NCBI RefSeq assembly: GCF_036365525.1
Contig: NC_090421.1
Coordinates: forward strand, 2,119,982 to 2,183,981
Reading direction: 5' to 3'
DNA: 64,000 nucleotides
Source: Heterodontus francisci
Lineage: Eukaryota
Shown here one piece after another: positions 51,101 to 64,000 of the stretch (the first letter of the stretch is position 1; each line of letters begins with the position of its first letter). The notes under the pieces were generated by a model, which was given only the letters and a program-made list of their open reading frames with translations, did not search any database and was not told the DNA's origin. The translations under genes were made by a program, and so were the position numbers.

Positions 51101-51593
51101 TCACCTGATTCTGAAATTGTTCAAAACTACCCCAAGGCCCAAAGGTAACTTCCCCTTCTACTTTCATCTTAGTTTGTTCAGTTTGCTTACCCACTGTTTT
51201 TTTTCATGTTTGCACTTGCTGCTGTTCAATATTCAGTCCGTTAACACCTATTCTGTACTAATGCTTCGTCTTTCAACACACCATTAACATATTGTTTGCC
51301 TTTGCTCCATGACCTTTTGGTCAGCTATGTGGCCTTGTCCTATCTGCACCTTCTCCTTTGTTATCTCTTGCCCCACCCCCACCTCACTTGCTTATAACCT
51401 GTGACATTTTTAATATTTGTCAGTTCCGAAGAAGGGTCACTGACCCGAAACGTTAACTCTGCTTCTCTTTCCACAGATGCTGCCAGACCTGCTGAGTGGT
51501 TCCAGCATTTCTTGTTTTTATTTCAGATTTCCAGCATCTGCAGTATTTTGCTTTTATTCCCCTTCTACTTATCTTATTAGATCATCGGCCACT

Positions 51594-54423
51594 CTCTGTA
51601 ACACTCTGATCTATCACAGCCCTCACTGTAACACTCTGATATACCCCAAACCCCTCACTGCAACACTCTGATATACCCCAAACCCCTCATTATAACACTC
51701 TGATATACCCCAAACCCCTCACTGTAACACGCTGATATACCCCAAACCCCTCACTGTAACACACTGATATACCCCAAACCCCTCACTGTAACACTCTGAT
51801 ATATCCAAAACGCCTCACTGTAACACTCTGATATATCCCACACCCCTCACTTTAGCACTCTGATATACCCCCCACTCTGCACTGACTCTGTTACACTGTA
51901 ACACTCTGATATACCACACACCCCTCACTTTAGCACTCTGATATACCCTGCACCCCTCACTGTAACACTCTGATATACCCCACACCCCTCACTTTAGCAC
52001 TCTGATAAACCCTGCACCCCTCACTGTAACACTCTGATATACCACACACCCCTCACTTTAGCACTCTGATATACCCTGCACCCCTCACTGTAACACTCTG
52101 ATATACCCCAAACCCCTCACTGTAACACTCTGATATATCCCACACCCCTCACTTTAGCACTCTGATATACCCCCCACTCTGCACTGACTCTGTTACACTG
52201 TAACACTCTGATATACCACACACCCCTCACTTTAGCACTCTGATATACCCTGCACCCCTCACTGTAACACTCTGATATACCTCCCACTCCGCAGTGTAAC
52301 ACTCTGATATACCTCCCACTCCGCAGTGTAACACTCTGATATACCCTGCACCCATCACTGTAACACTGATATACCCCACACCCCTCACTTTAACACTCTG
52401 ATATACCCTGCACCCATCACTGTATCACGATATATCCCACACCCCTCACTGTAGCACTCTGATATACCCCACACCCCTCACTGTAACACTCTGATATATC
52501 CCACACCCCTCGCTGGAACACTGATATATCCCACACCCCTCACTGTAACACTGATATATCCCACACCCCTCACTTTAGCACTCTGATATACCCCACACCC
52601 CTCACTGTAACACTCTGATATACCCCACACCCCTCGCTGTAACACTCTGATATATCCAGCACCCCTCGCTGTAACACTGATATATCCCACACCCCTCGCT
52701 GTAACACTCTGATATACCCCACACCTCTCACTGTAACACTCTGATATACCCCACACCCCTCACTGTAACACTCTGATATATTCCACACCCCTCACTGTAA
52801 CACTGATATATCCCACACCCCTCGCTGTAACACTCTGATATACCCCACACCCCTCACTGTAACACTCTGATATACCCCACACCCCTCACTGTAACACTCT
52901 GATATACCTCCCACTCCGCAGTGTAACACTCTGATATACCTCCCACTCCGCAGTGTAACACTCTGATATACCCTGCACCCATCACTGTAACACTGATATA
53001 CCCCACACCCCTCACTTTAACACTCTGACATACCCCACACCCCTCACTGTAACACTGATATATCCCACACCCCTCACTTTAACACTCTGATATATCCCAC
53101 ACCCCTCACTGTAACACTGATATATCCCACACCCCTCACTTTAACACTCTGATATATCCCACACCCCTCACTGTAACACTGATATATCCCACACCCCTCA
53201 CTGTAACACTCTGAACATTCTGTTCTCGAATTCAAGAAATGTTTACAAATAAAACCTGAAGCAAAGAGCCACTATTGAATATTTACACTTAGAATTTTCT
53301 CTAGCAATTAGTTTAATATAGGCAACTCGATCAAAATAACACTTTTACATTTGCATTTCACCCCTCACTGTAACACTCTGATATACCCCACACCCCTCAC
53401 TGTAACACTGATATAACGCAGACCCCTCACTGTAACACTCTGATATATCCCACACCCCTCACTGTAACACTCTGATATACCCCACACCCCTCACTGTAAC
53501 ACTGATATATCGCAGTCCCCTCACTGTAACACTCTGATATACTCCACACCCCTCACTGTAACACTGATATATCGCAGACCCCTCACTGTAACACTCTGAT
53601 ATATCCCACACCCTTCACTGTACCATTCTGATATACCCCACACCCCTCACTGTACCATTCTGATATACCCCACACCCCTCACTGTAACACTCTGATATAC
53701 CCCACACCCCTCACTGTAACACTCTGATGTATCCCACACCCCTCACTGTAGCACTCTGATATACCCCACACCCCTCACTCTAACACTCTGATATATCCCA
53801 CACCCCTCACTGTAACACACTGATATACCCCACACCCTTCACTGTAACACTCTGATATACCCCACACCCCTCACTGTCGCACTCTGATATACCCCACACC
53901 CCTCACTATAGCACTCTGATATATCCCACACTCCTCTTTAACACTGATATACCCCACACCTCTCACTGTAACACTCTGATATACCCCACACCCCTCACTG
54001 TAGCACTCTGATATATCCCACACTCCTCGCTGTAACACTCTGATATACCCCACACCCCTCACTGTCGCACTCTGATATACCCCACACCCCTCACTGTAAC
54101 ACTCTGATATATCCCACACTCCTCTGTAACACTGATATATCGCAGACCCCTCACTTTAACACTCTGATATATCCCACACTCCTCTGTAACACTGATATAT
54201 CGCAGACCCCTCACTGTAACACTCTGATATACCCCACACCCCTCACTGTAGCACTCTGATATATCCCACACTCCTCGCTGTAACACACTGATATATCCCA
54301 CACCCCTCACTGTAACACTCTGATATACCCCACACCCCTCACTGTCGCACTCTGATATATCCCACACCCCTCACTGTAACACTGATATATCGCAGACCCC
54401 TCACTTTAACACTCTGATATATC
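51594..54423. repeat. 32-bp minisatellite, net 32 bp shorter than the 10741 copy
   Basis: The offset goes 40853 -> 40789 -> 40821 across the array (-64, then +32). Confidence 0.97.
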
Positions 54424-54611
54424 TTCCGAAGAAGGGTCACTGACCCGAAACGTTAACTCTGCTTCTCTTTCCACAGATGCTGCCAGACCTGCTGAGTGAA
54501 TCCAGCATTTCTTGTCTATGGACCATAACCCAGCCTTCAGGATTGGGGTAGAAGGGAAGCACACTACATTGGGATGTTCCCAGCAGCTTTACTGTTATAG
54601 TTTCCACCTAC

Positions 54612-56751
54612 CTGTTGAAGGTCACTGCTGAACCTTTCTAAGGCCTTCTTACAATTTGTAAACGAATATCCTGTCCTTTTCCGAAGTTTCAGGAGGAGCT
54701 CTTTATCAGCTGCCATCAATCTAACCCCAGAACAGTGCAGAAACTGGGTTGGTTGTGCAGAGAAGATCTAACAAAGACAAACGGAAATCTCAGGGAACTT
54801 TGTAACACGATCAAAGCTTTGGACTTTTATTGCACAGATTTTACCTACACATTTACACATCAGTGCCAGTGTTACTAACATTCTGTCAAAGGCCACAATC
54901 CCAACTCATGCAAAGTTATGAGCGGCATGGACAGAGTGGATAGTCAGAAGCTTTTTCCCAGGGTGGAAGAGTCAGTTACTAGGGGACATAGGTTTAAGGT
55001 GCGAGGGGCAAAGTCTAGAGGGGATGTGCGAGGCAAGTTTTTTTTTACAGAGAGGGTGGTGAGCGCCTGGAACTTGCTGCCAGGGGAGGCGGTGGAAGCA
55101 GATACGATAGCGACATTTAAGAGACATCTTGACAAATACATGAATAGGAAGGGAATAGAGGGATGTGGGCCCTGGAAGTGCAGAAGGTGTTAGTTTAGAC
55201 AGGCATCAAGATCGGCGCAGGCTTGGAGGGCCGAATGGCCCGTTCCTGTGCTGTACTGTTCTTTGTTTGTTGTTCTTGCTTGAGACGCACTCTCAGGATT
55301 GCTGCAACTCAATACCCTGTAGTGAGGGCATGTAGTTCTGTGCTTACTATTCCCCACACGGTGAGATTCTCAATCACGTCACAGTGGGCAGCTGTCCTGT
55401 GAGGCCAGGCACTTCCTCACAAGAGAAAAAATAATCTCCAGCACTAATAATAATTGTTCAAAACAGTAGTATCTCAACCTCCAGTTCACTGTCACGTATT
55501 TTTATAGATATTAATGCACAGGTAGGGCCGGGGGAAACTTGGCTTCTCAATGTATTCACCAAACCATCCAAATTTTATACAGGTAAAAACTCAACCTAGG
55601 TGTAGGCAAATTAGATGTAGAATCAGGCTAAAATAGCTTTGGATTGTCGCAAACCCTTCATTTATTTAAGTATGATGGCGTGGAACGTCCTGCCTGCAAC
55701 AGTAGTAGACTCGCCAACTTGAAGGGCATTTAAGTGGTCATTGGATAGACATATGGATAAAAATGGAATTGTGTAGGTCAGATGGTTTCACAGGTCGGCG
55801 CAACATCGTGGGCCGAAGGGCCTGTACTGCGCTGTAATGTTCTAAAAAAAAAATATGACACTTAAAAGAGATTTGTTTAAAAAAGCTGTAAAGACTGGAA
55901 TTTAGAAAATGCTGGAAAATACATAGCAGATCTTTCATCTTCTGAAAGAGAAAAGACAGGTTTGCATTTCAAGGCAGACTCCTGCTCAGTTCTGGCCTTT
56001 TCTTTCTCAGAAGCTTAAGGGGCTACTGTGTATTCCCAATATTTTTGATGGACTCATACTGCACAGGAGGTCATTCGGCTCATCGTCTCCATGCCAGCTC
56101 TTCGAAAGAACAATTAATCCCACTACCCCTGCTCTTTCCAAACAGCCCTGCAAATTTCTCAAAAATATCCAATTCCCCTTTTCAAAGTTATTATTGAATC
56201 TGCTCCACCACCCTTTTCTGGCAGTGTATTCCAGGTCACAACTTGCTGCTAAAAAAAAATCATTTCCTTCCTGGATTTTTTTTGCCAATTATCTGAAATG
56301 TGTCCTCTGGTTACTGACCCTTCTGCCATTTTCTGTTTTTATTAATGAATAACAAGTGTATATTAAACAATGCCGATAACTTTGCAGTGATGTTAGAAGC
56401 ATGGCCTTCAGAGATATAATCAGCCAAAGCTGCCCTCTCCCTCCTTGCCTCTGCGGTCACTCAAACTGCATGCCTGAAGGCTTAATCCAACTTGCTGGCT
56501 GAGGGCGGTCTCACACCGAAATCGCACCAATGAGACAGCAGACGCTCGCAAATTGTCTTTTTTCATTAGCCAACGCCCCTGCCAATCACCCGCTCCCAAC
56601 AAGTTCAGTTGGTTTGCACAGCCTGCGGCCTTCGAATGATTTCCGCCAGTATTTTAAAACCCTTATGGCTGATGAAGGTCCAAGTGGAAAGGGTTTGTTT
56701 TACCTTGGAGATATCGGCTCGAGCGCTCCGCAAAGCACACAACACAGCCAT
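54612..56751 (-). pseudogene. TSFM: TSFM 5' fragment: exon 1 56751-56704, exon 2 54767-54612
   Basis: Copy at offset +40821 with the same splice sites. Confidence 0.9.
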
Positions 56752-57609
56752 GGCGCTGTTCATCATTCGCCGGTGAGCGCCGCGGACATCCAGCTACCAT
56801 GCCACGCGACGGAGGGCCAACAAGAACAAACTTTAGCGACGCCTCTTCAGGCAAACGCCAAGAGAAGGCTCCTTACAGTTTGCTCTGCAGCCCAAAATGT
56901 CTGATGGCTCCCACTGGTGGTTAAAGCAGGAGAAACTAAAACATGACTTTTTTTTTCCTGTCAAACTGTCAAAGGGATATTTTAGCAAAAAAAGCATGTT
57001 ACTGTTTAAAAATAATATTGGGGCACTCTTGTCTCTGAATCAGGAGTGGGTTGGAGTCCCAGTATGGATTTGAACCCATAATCTAGGCTGACACTTCGAG
57101 GTGCCCTCTTGCAGTTAACGTGTTAAATGAAAGAAACCCACCCCCATCTGTCTGTTCAAATGAATGAAAAAAAAATCTGCTCGTACTGTTTGAAGAGCAG
57201 GGAGTTCTCCCTGTGTCCTAGCAAACAGTCCTCCCTCAACCAACACCACCAAAAATAGATTAACTGGTCATGCATCCCATTGCTGTTTGTGGAAATTTGC
57301 TATGTGTAAATTGGCTGCTGCATGCCTACATAAATAAGCAGCTTTTAAGAGGAGGAAAGAAAACAGTAGACAGCAAAATAATCTAATATATGATACTGTA
57401 AAAGATGAACACCAACTTGTTTATTATAATTTTACAATCTTGCTGTCTTTCTTCGAAACTTGTAGCAATGGTGACTGAATGTTAAATACCAATCTCCTAT
57501 TTGTGTTAAGTGTATTCTGCACAGTTTTGCTGCTTAAGACAAAGGGACGTAGATTCAAACTAGATTTAGGACTGATGTCAGGAAATTCTGCTTCACATAG
57601 CATTATCAA

Positions 57610-57681
57610 GTGATGGTGGTATAGTGGTGAGCATAGTTGTCTTCCAAGCATTTGACCTGGGTTCGATTCCCGGCCATTGCA
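57610..57681 (+). tRNA. tRNA-Gly(TCC)-derived gene, probably a pseudogene
   Basis: Identical to 16789-16860. Confidence 0.8.
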
Positions 57682-57732
57682 ATGTCCAATCCTAGGTCAG
57701 CCTCAAATCTGCAACTTTACCATGATTTTTCT

Positions 57733-59055
57733 AGCATCAGTGGTTGGGAAAATATTGGAAAAAATTCTGAGAGACAGGATTAATCTCCACTTGGAGAGGC
57801 AGGGATTAATCAGGGATAGTCAGCACAGCTTTGTCAAGGGGAGATCGTGGCTAAATAATTTTTCGAGGAGGTAACTAGATGTGTCGATGAGGGTAAAGCA
57901 GTAGATGTAGTCTACATGGACTTCAGTAAGGCTACTGATAAGGTCCCGCATGGGAGATTGGTCAAGAAGGTAAGAGCCCATAGGATCCAGGGCAATTTGG
58001 CAAATTGGATCCAAAATTGGCTTAGTGGCAGGAGGCAGAGAGTAATGGTCGAGGGTGATGGTTGTTTTTGCGATTGGAAGCCTGTGACCAGTGGGGTACT
58101 GCAGGGATTGGTGCTGGGACCTTTGCTGTTTGTAGTGTGCATTAATGATTTAGTCGTGAATATAGGAGGTATGATCAGTAAGTTCGCAGATGACACAAAG
58201 ATTGGTGGTGTTGTAAATAGTGAGGAGGAAATCCTTAGATTACAGGACGATATAGTTGGGCTGGTAAGATGGGCAGAGCAGTGGCAAATGGAATTTAATG
58301 CTGAGAAGTGTGAGGTGATGCATTTTGGGAGGACCCTAGGAAGTACAGAGGGACCTTGGTGTACCTGTCCATAGATCACTGAAGGCAGCAGCACAGGCAG
58401 ATAAGGTGGTGAGGAAGGCATATGGGATATTTGCCTTTATCAACCGAGGCATAGAATATAAGAGCAGGGAGGTTATGATGGAGCTGTATAAAACGCGAGT
58501 TAGGCCACAGCTGGAGTACTGTGTACAGTTCTGGTCACCACACTATAGGAAGGATGTGATTGCACTGGAGAGGGTGCAGAGAAGATTCACCAGGATGTTG
58601 CCTGGTCTGGAGTATTTCAGCTATGGAGACTGAAAAGGCTAGGGTTGTTTTCCTTGGAGCAGAGAAGGCTGAGGGGGGACATGATTGAAGTATACAAAAT
58701 TATGAGAGGTACTGATAGGTTAGATAGGAAAAAACCTTTTCCCTTAGTGGAGGGGTCAAGAACCAGGGGGCATAGAATCAGAGTAAGGGGCAGGAGGTTT
58801 AGGGGGGATTTGAGGAAGCATTTTATCACCCAGAGGGTGGTTGGAATCTGGAACGCACTGCCTGATGTGCTGGTAGAGGCAGGAAACCTCACAACATTTA
58901 AGAAGTATTTAGATGAGCACTTGAAACACCATAGCATACAATGCTACGGGCCAAGTGCAGGAATATGGGATTAGAATAGTTGGGTGCTGTATGGCCAGCA
59001 CAGACATGATGGGCCAAAGGGCCTGTTTCTGTGCTGTACAACTCTATGACTCTAT
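57733..59055 (+). mobile_element. CR1 LINE RT region (copy)
   Basis: Same as 16912-18234. Confidence 0.93.
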
Positions 59056-61708
59056 CAACACATGGAAAGGCAGTGGTGGCAAAAAACCTGGAATGTTCGC
59101 AGAAACAATTGGATGGGGACGTGGGGGTGCTTTACAATCATTCTGGATGGATGATCTAAGATGGGCCAAATGGACTCACTCATCCAGAATTAATTCTTCT
59201 GATCTTGTGCAATTAATTCTGGATTTAGCCATTCTGTCTTCCGAGCTACAATTCTACATTTCTCAGCATTGTGTATAATCAAGTTTTGAAGATAAAATGA
59301 CTGATGTTAACTCTTCCTGTTAATCGACACCATTTCTCTTCCCCTCCTCTAACTTTCTCCTCTTAAATCCCTTCCAGTGGCTTGTTATTTAAATATGTTG
59401 TGGGAAGAAGCCACACAGACCAGATGGTCCCAGGTTTGATCTGTCTGTGCTGAATTAGCTAATCTCACCCAGCGTGCTATGAGCACTACAATTGGCTTCA
59501 GCACCCCTTGGCGAGAGAGGAGGGACAAAATGTCAGACAGGATGCCTTCCACAGTTGAATAGTCTGTCTAATCTCACACACAAATGGCCACTTGGGTAAG
59601 GTATCAGAGGTCTTCTGGCACCTGTGGAACCCCCCCCCCCCCCCCCCCCCCCCCCAGTAAGGGATAGCACCTTCATAGCAACAGTAACTACCCTGCAAAA
59701 GTACTTCATTAACAGTGAAGTGCTTTGGGATGTCCTGAGATTGTGAATGGTGATGTCGAAATACAAGTTTGTTTTTTCGGGGGTTGGTGGAGGGGGGGGG
59801 GGTGGGAAATGACAACATGAGATTTGAAAGTTTTTGGCTTTATGATCAATTTGGTCGCTTTTTACAGATAAAAATACTCAACAAAATTTCAAAGCGTGAT
59901 GATTGGTCAGTCCATTTTTCTTTGGTCAATGCAATACATTCTCTTGGTTCAGGAGCAGAGTTAAAGTATACAAAGCGATTCGCGTACAGAGACTTGGTAA
60001 CCTCAGGTACATAAAACTGATAGTACAGAGAAACAGTTAGCTTGGAGGCACTTTATCTTTGATATTCTGTTCACGTTTGAGGCACTATTTATACTCAAGA
60101 AAACAACCTTGTAAAATTCTCCATATGATTATAAATGTCATTATTTTGGCAGGTGTTAAATGGGTAGTAGTGTGTCACAGCGTTAGTTTATCACCTAACC
60201 TGGGTTTGAATCCAGCCCAAACTGGTGGAATGAATGCACCCACGACCCCCCACAACATATCTGTGTGACATGAGTTTGGGGATTGCCTTGATCCAGTTAT
60301 TTATGAGGACAAGTTCACTGTGTGAATGACGTTGCAAAACTGAAGAAAAGTCAGGCTGGTGGATTACGGGTGCTTGTCTGAGGCAGGATTTAAGGCACAT
60401 TATTACTGTAGTGTAAGTGGAACTTTACATTTGATCTATGCTGTTCTTTGTACGCAAAGTCAATATTGGACAGCCGATACTCTGAAGGTGAACTGCCAGC
60501 AAAGATCCAAAGCCCATAGCATGCGTTGCAAGATGAGAAGAAATAATCCTGTTCTCCAGCACCGACATTCCTCACTGCAGCATAAATTCAATGTACATAA
60601 TTCTTTTGTTTCCTTCAAAATTTGTCACCATCCAAAATATATCTTCCTTCAACCAGGAGGATGGAACATTTCCTACATAATTATTGTCAATACCAGTTCA
60701 TAGATTGTCCAGCAAGAGGCACGGTTCAAGCAGGGCGACAGGTGATGACCAGTTCTCCCGACTGGTCATGCTCCATCCAGCAGAGATCTGATCAAACCTA
60801 CCCAACAAGCAGCTTCAACTGATTACAAATGCCAGGCATTCCAACTCATTGCCATTTCTCTCCCTGTATGACAATGAAACTCACAGAAACAGTTCCTATT
60901 CTTAGAGTCCCAATGTTATTACCTTACTTAAGTGTCAAGTACATTAAAAAAATAGTGTTAATACTAGTCAACCTAGGCAGTGATGGGGACACTACATTTG
61001 GCCTTAGTGTTTCTGGGTTAGGATGGCAGGGGGAAAGGGGGAAACAGCCAAAGTCCTTGCTCCTGATCATAGTGTGTGTATGTATATATAATAAAAACAT
61101 GTCAGGCGAGTGAGCACAGCTTCAGGCTTAATTTTGATGCCCTTATGGTCAAATAGCCTGACCCGCACTGTCCACACATTAAGACTGCAGGTTAATTGAG
61201 ATAGTGGAGGGCACCATGTGCACATGGAATGGTCCCCCAGCATAGGCTGACACCTTCAGTACAGGCAGAAGAATTAGTTTTACGCTTTGTTTTTGTTGAT
61301 TTATTCTGTATACTGCCAATGCAGGTCTCTGCTGAAGTGTGACTGTGTGAAAATGCGGAATAAACATCAGTAGGCAGGCAATAACCCAGGCAATTCAAAA
61401 ATGTTGGTTCAGCTGCCCTTGTCCCTCCTCAAACTCCCTCCCCCAGCGATGTCTCACTGCTTAAACAAAGCCATTATATTTGTTTTTATAAAAAGAGAGA
61501 ATGTGCACCTGACAGCTCACTGAATGACTACACCCGGGAGTGAGATACTGAGTCAGGTCACAGGGTCCATCCCCAGTCAGTGCTGAATTAGCTGTTAGCC
61601 GGGGAAACAGTATCAACGCTTCAAACTGACTACTACATGGGTCACCTACAGAAGGGCTGCCTAGTCTCAAGAGCTGTGTTAAATGAGAGATTTCCCTTGC
61701 TACGTTAG

Positions 61709-63978
<2,270 letters not shown>

Positions 63979-64000
63979 TCACATATTCATGTTAGAATTA

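Overview
This is vertebrate genomic DNA, most likely from a cartilaginous fish (inferred from dense CR1 LINE, SINE and L2 debris). The whole window is a head-to-tail tandem array of a ~20.4-kb unit, with measured periods of 20,393-20,460 bp. It holds about three continuous periods plus a fragment left of a 13-N gap, and the copies are near-identical. Each unit carries: (i) a complete three-coding-exon EEF1AKMT3/METTL21B gene on the minus strand (228 aa; I assembled exon 2, which the ORF track misses); (ii) only exons 1-2 of TSFM (mitochondrial EF-Ts), minus strand, also absent from the ORF track; (iii) a CpG-rich, probably bidirectional promoter with UPRE- and ERSE-type motifs; (iv) a degenerate tRNA-Gly(TCC); (v) a ~2.8-kb 32-bp minisatellite that varies in length between units and is bracketed by 92-bp direct repeats; and (vi) many truncated CR1 fragments, which explain most listed ORFs. 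Because of the tandem geometry, each orphan TSFM 5' end (presequence plus N-terminal domain, phase-0 donor) points at the phase-0 acceptors of the next EEF1AKMT3 copy. This makes a TSFM-EEF1AKMT3 chimeric transcript possible; that last point is inference, not observation. Repeat-element boundaries are approximate, while exon boundaries were read base by base.
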